From Candidatus Sumerlaeaceae bacterium (GTDB lineage: Bacteria; Sumerlaeota; Sumerlaeia; Sumerlaeales; Sumerlaeaceae), in contig JAIBAT010000143.1 in NCBI GenBank assembly GCA_019695055.1, positions 22,571 through 86,570 of the forward strand: 64,000 nucleotides of DNA, in the 5' to 3' direction. Numbering within the stretch: the stretch's first letter is position 1; every line of letters starts with the position of its first letter. Shown in pieces: positions 1 to 7,658 of this stretch. The translations under genes were made by a program, and so were the position numbers. The notes beneath the pieces were generated by a model. It ran no database searches. It saw only the letters and a program-made list of their open reading frames with translations, and was not told the origin of the DNA.

Positions 1-139
1 CTTTGTCCCGGCCGTGTTCATCTTCCGTCCACCTGTTTGGTTTTCACCCCTGATGACGCAAATGAGACCCCGCGCCCGGCCCCGTGTAAAGGCCATTTGT
101 CATGGGCAAACCCCAATCCGCGGCGGGGCAAACAGGGGG

Positions 140-1330
140 CTAATTCCCGGCGGGCTTCTTTGCCGGAACCGAAGGCGCGACCTCCAGCTTGCTCACCTTG
201 CCGTCCAGCGTCACGGAATACAGGGCCTCCTTGTGGGGGGCCTCCTCCTCCGTTTCAAAGACTTCCTTTTCCACGAGAACCGTCTGGTTGTCCTTCCAGC
301 TGGTGACGAACCGGAAGCGGTCGAAGTCGCTGGTGGCGTCCGGCTTGGGATCGCCGGGCTTGCCCGCATCGTCATCGTCGGGCGTGTCTATGGAGCAAAC
401 CAGCTTGATCTCCGCGCCGAGGTTGCCAACGCCCGCCTTTTCCAGGGCCGCCTTGGCGGATGCGGCCTTCAGGGACACTATCAATACGACCGGCTGACCG
501 CCGGCACAGGCCAGCGATGCCGCGGCGGATTCATCCGGGCTGAAGCTTTCGCTCCCCTGCTCCAGGGTGATGCCGTCCAGCTTGTGCGCCTTCAGGAAAT
601 CCCGGTAGGCGGAAATCCCGGCCCGCAGATCGGCCAGAAAATCCGTGGCGAAGGGCTCGTTGGCGTAGGCCGGCAATTTTTTCAGGTAGATGGGAAACAC
701 CGACCCGCCGCCAAAAACGAGGTTCCGCAAACGCTGCGGCTTGCCCTTGTACTCAGTCACGTCCAGGGCCGTCAGCTCGGTTTCCACCTTATTGGTGGCG
801 CCCATGCGGCGGCTCGTGGCCACGAACTCCACCTGGAGAGCGGAGCCGCCGTCGGCGTCGAGGTAAACCACGCCGTTGGCGTTTTTAGAGACGTTGTAGC
901 TGAAGGCCGTCCACTGATTATCCAGCCACCGGGGTGGCTGAAGGAGGCGCACCTGGCTGGCCTCCACGATGCGCTGCTGGGTCGTGGTGCCGCCGCTGTC
1001 CGTGACGCGGATGATCATGCGACCCGAGAAGCGGTCCAGTTCGCCCTCGACCACGGGAAACTCGCGATCCACGGCCACCATGCGCGACTTGTCGCGCGAA
1101 ACGACCGGCTTGCCAGTCTCCACCTTGGTCTGGGCCGCAAAGGCCAGACCCGCAAGCCCCACCACGATTCCTGCGGCCGCAGCCGTCAGTATGCCACGTC
1201 TCAAATTCGTCCCAACCTCGCCCTTAGTCCTGCGCAGCAATCCATTCTCCGTCAATGCCGGATTGTGGGAAATATTCGTGGCAACCGCGGCACTGCCCGC
1301 TTCCTGATCTTTGGTCGAAGAAGTGGACAC
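140..1330 (-). CDS. hypothetical single-pass membrane protein (start uncertain; ORF stays open to 1621)
   Basis: Minus-strand ORF 140..1621 has protein-like composition and one hydrophobic helix (ILTAAAAGIVVGLAGLAFAA). The first ~290 nt of the ORF are A/T-rich and contain a G/C run tract, so the GTG at 1330 is a more plausible start. The opposite-strand ORF 14..1357 is an R/G/L-rich shadow. Confidence 0.5.
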   Translation of the reverse strand: MSTSSTKDQEAGSAAVATNISHNPALTENGLLRRTKGEVGTNLRRGILTAAAAGIVVGLAGLAFAAQTKVETGKPVVSRDKSRMVAVDREFPVVEGELDRFSGRMIIRVTDSGGTTTQQRIVEASQVRLLQPPRWLDNQWTAFSYNVSKNANGVVYLDADGGSALQVEFVATSRRMGATNKVETELTALDVTEYKGKPQRLRNLVFGGGSVFPIYLKKLPAYANEPFATDFLADLRAGISAYRDFLKAHKLDGITLEQGSESFSPDESAAASLACAGGQPVVLIVSLKAASAKAALEKAGVGNLGAEIKLVCSIDTPDDDDAGKPGDPKPDATSDFDRFRFVTSWKDNQTVLVEKEVFETEEEAPHKEALYSVTLDGKVSKLEVAPSVPAKKPAGN

Positions 1331-1422
1331 GACGCGTGCGATAAATTGGGGTGTTGATGGCCCTTCATTTCCTTCTCCCCCTTCCCGAAACACCAACCTC
1401 CCGGCCGGCGAACCCCAGATAT

Positions 1423-1450
1423 GGAGGGGGGAGGGGGAGGGGGGGAGGGG
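1423..1450. repeat. G-run tract GGAG6AG5AG7AG4 (C-rich on the gene-sense strand)
   Basis: Read directly from the sequence: five G runs separated by single A residues. Confidence 0.9.
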
Positions 1451-1777
1451 TATGGCTAATCTCGCAAACCCAATGTTTTCAATGTATACAATCTGAGAAT
1501 GACTGCTTTTTGCGTTCTGAAACGCACGTTTCAACCGGTCTAAATTGCTGTTTATTACGCTGAAAATGCGGGAATTCGCCGGAGTTTTGGGAGGCAGATT
1601 GGTTGTGCGCAGGTTGATCATGATGGGTCAGGTGTAACACGGGGGAAATGGGTTTGCCTATTCCCCCACGACCCTCTACAGACCCTTGTGGACCCTAAAA
1701 GTGTTGCGGGCAAACGGGCACGGGCACGAATTCCACAACGGTTGTCGGGGTCTCAATCTGCCTTTGAGAAGGGGCGG

Positions 1778-2305
1778 TTACCGCCTCTGGGCACAGTTGG
1801 CGTTTATGGCGTCGTTGATTGTCTTTTGTAGATCCGAGCTGGCGCGGGACTTGTAGAGCCTGGCGGTTTGGGGAAAATTGCGGGCGAAATAGCCGTTCGA
1901 GATGGCACACGGGTAATCGCCCCCGCAGTAGAAAATTTGCTCGAACACTGCGGTGACTTGCTTATCGGAGAGGGGCTTGAGGTACGCCGCAAATTTATCG
2001 TCTCCCACGACATGAACCAGGGGCCACGCAGTAAAGGCCCACGATTCATTGTCGCCGCTGTGGTAATTCGTGTTGCGGAACACCGTGTTGAGCGCGTCGG
2101 CATCGCCGCTCATCGCCCGCTCAAAGGTTTTGCGGTAGGGCAGGTTGGGCTTTCCCGGTGTGCCTTCGCATTCCTCCCGGACGTAGGTCATCACCGATTG
2201 GCGCGCCGTGGCGGTTGTGTACTCGTAATCGGCCGCGGCACAGGGGGGCAGGAGCAGCATCGCCAAGATTGCGCTGAATGCCATTCGAAGGACAAATAGT
2301 TTCAT
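1778..2305 (-). CDS. secreted hypothetical protein
   Basis: Internal ATG at 2305 gives MKLFVLRMAFSAILAMLLLPPCAAADYEY, a signal-peptide-like N-terminus. The upstream part of ORF 1778..2488 looks non-coding. No recognisable domain. Confidence 0.6.
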   Translation of the reverse strand: MKLFVLRMAFSAILAMLLLPPCAAADYEYTTATARQSVMTYVREECEGTPGKPNLPYRKTFERAMSGDADALNTVFRNTNYHSGDNESWAFTAWPLVHVVGDDKFAAYLKPLSDKQVTAVFEQIFYCGGDYPCAISNGYFARNFPQTARLYKSRASSDLQKTINDAINANCAQRR

Positions 2306-2655
2306 GCATAGATGAATCCAGAAGTGTCCATGGAAGTCAATGGCCGAGTAGTCGTTGGTCACTGACCCGGCGCAGTTCTGCGATTGGAGTTGATGGCCTT
2401 CTCCGCAATCGGTGCGGGATTTTCCAGAATTGATCCACATGGTTTGCTTTCTGGTTTTAAAGAAGTCTGTGTTGGTGGCCTTCCACACCCTTCAGGTTCG
2501 GGTTGAGTTGGAAGCCTGGGCGTTGTCTCCTTCACAGACCAGGCGAAGCCCAGAATCCCAACGCTCCCGGAATTTCTTTTTCATTGAGATCGTGGGCAAA
2601 TCATTTGTACAGATTTGGTCTCAAGGGTTGCCACAATCAGGAGGGGTGAGGGCGG

Positions 2656-3387
2656 GTGCGCGAAGAAGACGAAGAAATCCCCGACGAAGTAGAAAGCGCC
2701 GAGAGTTCCCCTGGGGTGTTGATTGCTGCCGTGCTACTGGTGATCGCTGTGGCTGGTGGTGTCACTTACTATAGAGTTTGGTCAAATTCCCCGGAACACG
2801 CCCTTCCGAAGCCTGCGGTGACAAACCGGCCATCTACGGAACCTCCATTATCGCGCCCAGTGGACGAAATCACAACCGGCGACCTGCGCCGCATTGTGCT
2901 CAAATCCGGCCCACAGGCCGAGATCTGGCTTCAGTTTGAAGACAGCCAGATCGAGTCCGTCGCGGGTGCAAGGGAGCGCTTTCGGCAACCAGCCCCTTTT
3001 GCTGCCAAGCAACTAATCAGCCGCTTTGGATTTGATGGGCCTCTACCGGATCGCCCGAAATCTGAACGGTTCGGAATTGGAATGATGTCCATGGAGACAA
3101 CAACCCCACCTGCTATCCGCCGAGATTGGTCGAAATGCGTATTCGCGGTAACCTATTGGCAGATGAATTCCGCAGAAGAGGCCAAACAAGGCGCGGCCTA
3201 TGCAGAAACCGTGTTTAATTACCGACCGGAACCCAGTTCTGGCCGCACACCCCACGAACGGGCCGGTATTAGAGCCATAGGCCCATTTGTGGCAATGGTC
3301 GAAATCGAGGGACAAGGCAAGGAGGACCTCCCAACGACAGTTTCAGGACGAATCCTTGAAGCCATTGAAAAGCAGTATCGACCTTGA
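2656..3387 (+). CDS. hypothetical membrane-anchored protein
   Basis: GTG start preceded by AGGAGG about 11 nt upstream. Acidic N-terminus followed by one TM helix (VLIAAVLLVIAVAGGV). No recognisable domain. Confidence 0.55.
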   Translation: MREEDEEIPDEVESAESSPGVLIAAVLLVIAVAGGVTYYRVWSNSPEHALPKPAVTNRPSTEPPLSRPVDEITTGDLRRIVLKSGPQAEIWLQFEDSQIESVAGARERFRQPAPFAAKQLISRFGFDGPLPDRPKSERFGIGMMSMETTTPPAIRRDWSKCVFAVTYWQMNSAEEAKQGAAYAETVFNYRPEPSSGRTPHERAGIRAIGPFVAMVEIEGQGKEDLPTTVSGRILEAIEKQYRP

Positions 3388-3430
3388 ATTGTGTCTGTGG
3401 ACGACATATCCACGGTTTAAACGTGTGTGG

Positions 3431-3771
3431 ACGCTCTTTCAGAGCTTACATGATGAGGCAATCACCCAGGGCTTACGCCTTGGGCTTCGATAGGGCGCCC
3501 TTTCAGGGCTGGGGACGAATAGATGTGAATTACACCCTCCCCTTCCAAGGGTACAGGTTAAGTGGGCGGTGGAAATTCGGAGAGATGTCCCAATGGAGAC
3601 ATAGCTTCTTGTGGCCAAACCGTTCCAATATGCGACGGGAAGGGGGCGCAGAATGGCAGAATCGTCCCAGCTCCGTTTCCCAGCGGCGGGACGCCGCTGC
3701 CACCTTGGGGATCGACTTCAGGGCAGATGGGAAGAGTTGCCGCCTGAAAGCCGGGTCTACGAACTGCTCCC
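3431..3771. repeat. copy 1 of duplicated non-coding module (85-nt hairpin element 3431..3514 plus ~255-nt tail)
   Basis: Aligns by eye with 5653..6014. The core contains two CTTTCAG boxes flanking the hairpin CCCAGGG-CTTACG-CCTTGGG. The tail contains the perfect hairpin CAGCGGCG-GGA-CGCCGCTG at 3681..3699. Confidence 0.85.
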
Positions 3772-5451
3772 CTATTTGGCTTCCTTGTATTGCCGCAGGG
3801 TTTCCTTCATAATGGCAGCATTCCGTCCGTTCTCGGCGTTTTGGACGGCCTTTTCCTGGATCTCTATGGCCTTCTCGCGTTGGCCGTTGTCGAACAGGGC
3901 GCGGGCATAGGTGTCGAGGACCATACCGCTGGTGTTGCCGGTGGCGTTTGACGCCGCCTCGGCGGCGCGCAGGGCCAACTTCAAGTCGCGATTGGGCGTC
4001 GTGATCCTGTCATCGGTCAGGATTCGCCAGGCCAGAGCGTTCAATTGCCTTCCACCAAAAGGACCGTCGCGAAGGATCTTTTCGCCAATTTCACGGGCCA
4101 AAGCTGGACTGGTCTCAGCCAGTTTGAAGTAGTCAGAAATTAGCGCATTGGAGTTGCGTATTAGTGCAGTTCTTGCGATGTCATAATTTCCGGTAACGAT
4201 CTCCTCCAGAGGAGTGTCCATCTCCATGGGGTGCCCCACCCAGACAATCTTCCCTTCCTTGTTCACGATGAATGCGGTAGGAATGCCTTCCTCACCGAAG
4301 AGTTCCATATAGGCACGATTCGTGGCCCGTCCATTGTCGACAGCGACAGCATAATCCATGGTGTCGCCCTGCTTCTGGACAAAACTCTTCACAACCTCCG
4401 CTGGCTCGGCGCTGATCCCGACGATCACAACTCCCTTGTCCTTGAACTCTTTCTGGAGCTTCGTGAGGTGCGGGATGCTCGTGCGGCAGGGCGGGCACCA
4501 GGTGGCCCAGAACTCGACCACATAGATGTTTTTCCCGAGCCCCTCGGAAAGAGTGATGGTGGTGCCCTTGGCCCACTCGGCCACGTCGAGGGGTTTGGCG
4601 GGAGTGCCAAGATTGGCCGGAGGCGGTGACGGAAGCATCCTTTGTGCATCCTTGTAACCAGCCGCCGCTGACCTCCGAAAGTAGTCCATGGCTTTTACGG
4701 GATCCTTCTCCAAACCGTTCAGGCCATTATTGAGGCTATAACCGACTTCAAAAAGCGCGTAGGCATCTCCGCTTTCGGCGGCCTTCGTTTTCCATTTCAT
4801 GGCCTGTGGTGGATCCTTTGGTGCCCCTATGCCATATTGGTAGATATCGCCGATAAGAATGTAGGCCTGGAAATCCCCGGCATCAGCGGCCGTGTCCAGC
4901 CACTCCCGCGCTTCCGCGTAATTCTTGTTTTTTGTCGCAATTTGGGCCAGGGCGACCATCGACGCCGTCACGCCAGCCGCTGCCGATTCACGGTAAAGCG
5001 ACTCGGCAGTGGCGGAATCCTTTAGCACCCCAACACCGTGTTGGAGACAGAAAGCCTCAAGGTACTTTGCAAGGCTGTTGCCCGTTGCCGCCGCCTGGCG
5101 GACTGCCGCCAGGTGTCGCAGCGCGACCTGGTTGCCCCGCTGGAAATCGGTCGGCGGGAAACTGTCATGTGTGGAGAAACAGGTGATGCGCGCCTCAAGA
5201 AGGGATGCCAGGGGATCGCTAGTGGCAGCTGCCTCGGTCGCAAGGCGGACTGCGCGCTGCTGGTCGCGCTGGTGGCCACCAGTCGCGCGCCACAAATCGT
5301 AAATCTCGGAAAGGGACGACCCCGGGGCGGTTGTTTCTGCGGAAACTATCGCGGACGTCCCCGCGACCTCTGGGGCGGGATTCTGGGCCAAACCCAGTGC
5401 CGCCATGCATGTGACGATTACAGCAATCAGAAAGCGCATCTGCGGGGTCAT
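3772..5451 (-). CDS. Sel1-repeat / TlpA-family thioredoxin fusion protein with helical C-terminal domain
   Basis: Signal-like start MTPQMRFLIAVIVTCMAALGLAQ. Sel1-type repeats (AEAREWLDTAADAGDFQAYILIGDIYQYGIG, AMKWKTKAAESGDAYALFEVG). Thioredoxin motif EFWATWCPPCRTSIPHL. The C-terminal 300 aa are paralogous to 6015..6926. Confidence 0.8.
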   Translation of the reverse strand: MTPQMRFLIAVIVTCMAALGLAQNPAPEVAGTSAIVSAETTAPGSSLSEIYDLWRATGGHQRDQQRAVRLATEAAATSDPLASLLEARITCFSTHDSFPPTDFQRGNQVALRHLAAVRQAAATGNSLAKYLEAFCLQHGVGVLKDSATAESLYRESAAAGVTASMVALAQIATKNKNYAEAREWLDTAADAGDFQAYILIGDIYQYGIGAPKDPPQAMKWKTKAAESGDAYALFEVGYSLNNGLNGLEKDPVKAMDYFRRSAAAGYKDAQRMLPSPPPANLGTPAKPLDVAEWAKGTTITLSEGLGKNIYVVEFWATWCPPCRTSIPHLTKLQKEFKDKGVVIVGISAEPAEVVKSFVQKQGDTMDYAVAVDNGRATNRAYMELFGEEGIPTAFIVNKEGKIVWVGHPMEMDTPLEEIVTGNYDIARTALIRNSNALISDYFKLAETSPALAREIGEKILRDGPFGGRQLNALAWRILTDDRITTPNRDLKLALRAAEAASNATGNTSGMVLDTYARALFDNGQREKAIEIQEKAVQNAENGRNAAIMKETLRQYKEAK

Positions 5452-5542
5452 GATTAGTCTTCTCCGCCGGAAAGTAGGTGGCACACGATCAACTGCCCCA
5501 TAAAGATTGGGGCAAGACACTTGTTTCATTGGACAGGGCTAT

Positions 5543-6014
5543 AGTCAAGATGGAAAGAAGGGGGCGGAGTCGGTTTAACCAAAGCGGCCTTTGGGTTTGG
5601 GAGGCGATTGGGGGCGAGAGGATGGGGCGCACAGCTGGAATTGCGTGGGCGAACGCCCTTTCAGGGCTTGCACGATGAGGCAATCCACCCAGGGCTTACG
5701 CCCTGGGCTCTGATAGCGCGCCCTTTCAGGGCTGGGGACGAATCTGGAATGGCTGGGACGAATGAAGGTGAGTTGCACCCTCGCCTTCCAGGGGTACCGG
5801 TTGCCTGTGTAGTGGAGATTCGGAGAGATTGCTCCAATGGAGAAACGGCTTTTTGCGGCCCAACGTTTCCAATATGCGACGGGAAGGGGGCGCAGATTGG
5901 CAGAATCGTCCCAGCTCCGTTTCCCAGCGGCGGGACGCCGCTGCCACCTTGGGGAGCGACTTCAGGGCAGATGGGAAAGGTCGCCGCCTGAAGGCGGGAC
6001 TACGAACCGGTCCC
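5543..6014. repeat. copy 2 of duplicated non-coding module (core element 5653..5735)
   Basis: 5653..6014 aligns with 3431..3771, and 5543..5735 aligns with 7018..7200. Core hairpin is CCCAGGG-CTTACG-CCCTGGG. It has an internal 19-nt duplication (GCTGGGGACGAAT / GCTGGGACGAAT). The GC hairpin lies at 5925..5943. Confidence 0.85.
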
Positions 6015-6926
6015 CTATTTGGCCTCTTTGTATTGCCGCAGGGTTTCCTTCATGATGGCTGCATTCCGTCCGTTCTCGGCGTTTTGGACGGCCTTTTCCT
6101 GGATCTCGATGGCCTTCTCGCGCTGGCCGTTGTCGAACAGGGCGCGGGCGTAGGTGTCGAGGACCATGTCGCTCTTGTTGTCCGTGGCCTTTGAAGCCGC
6201 CTCGGCGGCGCGCAGGGCGAGTTTCAGATCGCGGTTGGCCGTCGTGATCCGGTCGTCGGTCAGGATTCGCCAGGACAGCGCGTTGAGTGGGCCTCCGCTA
6301 TCGGAGGCGTCGCGCAGGATTCGTTCGCCAATCTCGCGGGCCATGGTCGGGCTGGTCTCGGCAAGGTCAAAGTATTTGGGAATCAGCGCCGTGGCTTTGC
6401 GGGTCAGCTCGGCCTTGGCAATGTCGTAAGTGCCAGCAACAATCGCCGCCAATGGTTTATCCATCTCCATCGGGTGCCCCACCCAGGCGATCCTGCCCTC
6501 CTTGTTCACAATGAACGCCGTGGGAATGCCCTCGGCGCCAAAGGCTTTCATGTAGGCGCGGTCGGTGGCCCGGTCGTTATCGACGGCGACGGCATAGTCC
6601 ATGGCTTCGCCCTGCTTGTTCACAAATGGTTTCACGGTTTCAGCGGGCTCCGCGCTGACACCGATGATCACAACGCCCTTATCCTTGAACTCCTTCTGGA
6701 GTTTCGTGAGGTGCGGGATGCTCGTGCGGCAGGGTGGGCACCAGGTGGCCCAGAACTCGACGACGTAGATGTTCTTCCCGAGGCCCTCGGACAGGGTGAC
6801 GGTCGTGCCCTTGGCCCATTCAGCCACATCGAGGGGCTTGGCGGCAACGCCCAGTTCCTGGGCCGCGCCGAATGCCGACACGAGGGTAAGGATTGCAGCC
6901 AGCGTGATGCGGGGGAGTGCGGACAT
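6015..6926 (-). CDS. TlpA/ResA-family periplasmic thiol:disulfide oxidoreductase
   Basis: Signal peptide MSALPRITLAAILTLVSAFGAAQ. Motif EFWATWCPPC. Near-identical stretches with the C-terminal part of 3772..5451. Confidence 0.85.
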   Translation of the reverse strand: MSALPRITLAAILTLVSAFGAAQELGVAAKPLDVAEWAKGTTVTLSEGLGKNIYVVEFWATWCPPCRTSIPHLTKLQKEFKDKGVVIIGVSAEPAETVKPFVNKQGEAMDYAVAVDNDRATDRAYMKAFGAEGIPTAFIVNKEGRIAWVGHPMEMDKPLAAIVAGTYDIAKAELTRKATALIPKYFDLAETSPTMAREIGERILRDASDSGGPLNALSWRILTDDRITTANRDLKLALRAAEAASKATDNKSDMVLDTYARALFDNGQREKAIEIQEKAVQNAENGRNAAIMKETLRQYKEAK

Positions 6927-7017
6927 GGTTCGGTTTTCTCCGTCGGGAATAGTTCGGGGCGCGATGTTCTGCCCCCAAAAGGATTGCGCCTTTATTGGAT
7001 GCGGTGAGCGGTGCGGG

Positions 7018-7200
7018 AGTCAAGGTGGAAGGGGGGAGGAAGTCGGATTAACCACGTTGGTCAATTGGGTTTGGAGGGCAATTGTGAGGTGGGCGGACTA
7101 AACGGATGTGTGGGTAAACGCTCTTTCAGAGCTTGGATTGTGGGACCGCATACCCAGGGCTTACGCCCTGGGCTTTGATAATGCGCCCTTTCAGGGCTGG
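7018..7200. repeat. copy 3 (partial) of the repeat module (core element 7118..7200)
   Basis: AGTCAAGGTGGAAGG...TTGGGTTTGGAGGG, then ACGCTCTTTCAGAGCTTGG...CCCAGGGCTTACGCCCTGGG...GCGCCCTTTCAGGGCTGG. Similarity to the other copies stops at about 7200. Confidence 0.8.
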
Positions 7201-7287
7201 TAGGGCCATAGCCTCAGCAGAACGAGTGATTACCATCCGGTGAAGTTCGAGAATCTCCACCAATGTGGGAAAGCGAAGCTCAGGCAA
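7201..7287 (-). pseudogene. N-terminal remnant of a Doc (death-on-curing, Fic-fold) toxin gene
   Basis: A TTG overlaps the upstream antitoxin stop (cTTGccTGA). It translates as MPELRFPTLVEILELHRMVITRS, resembling Doc N-termini (FLxLxEVLxLHxxVIxxSGG). The reading frame then runs into repeat copy 3 and loses all similarity. Confidence 0.45.
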
Positions 7288-7477
7288 GACGCTTGTATAG
7301 TTCCATGTTCTTTGTGACTACGCGGTTTGCGGCGCGCATGAATTCCTCGTCTGGACCAGCCAGCCAGTCCTCCACGTTAAGCCGGACCAGTTCCTCCGGG
7401 GCAATTCCCAGGGCCTTCGCGGTCTCACTCAACTTGGAGGCGCGATCATCTGCCAACTCTATGGTAAACGTGACCAT
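7280..7477 (-). CDS. ribbon-helix-helix (CopG-like) antitoxin-like protein
   Basis: ATG at 7477 preceded by GAGGA. The N-terminal beta-strand-like MVTFTIELADDRASKL followed by helices fits an RHH fold. It sits directly upstream of the Doc-like remnant with a 4-nt overlap. Confidence 0.6.
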   Translation of the reverse strand: MVTFTIELADDRASKLSETAKALGIAPEELVRLNVEDWLAGPDEEFMRAANRVVTKNMELYKRLA

Positions 7478-7658
7478 TCGGTTCCTCACTATTCGGCAGC
7501 AACTACACAATGCAAAGAAACATTAATCGTCCGGAAGATGACCGCCATCCAACAACACCAGCAAATCACCATTCCCAATTCGCCCCACCACTTCCGTATT
7601 GATTTTTCCACCGTGGGGCTCACGGTGCAGTGTTTTCCCTAATGGAGGATTAACCACA

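Noticed and set aside
14-1357. 447-aa plus-strand ORF
   Set aside because: Its R/G/L/A-rich, low-complexity translation is typical of an antisense shadow in high-GC DNA. The overlapping minus-strand ORF has normal composition and a TM helix.
3384-3812. ORFs 3384..3812, 3562..3747, 5608..5991 and 5829..6194 across the repeat modules
   Set aside because: They are read-through of the repeated non-coding element in several frames (PFQGW, RPFRAG and GGTPLPPWG peptides). They lack an RBS, and indels between the copies break the frames.
3431-7200. Possible CRISPR array, given three copies of one repeat
   Set aside because: The repeats are 1.5 to 2.2 kb apart and separated by full-length genes. They are about 85 nt long with internal substructure, and no cas genes are present.
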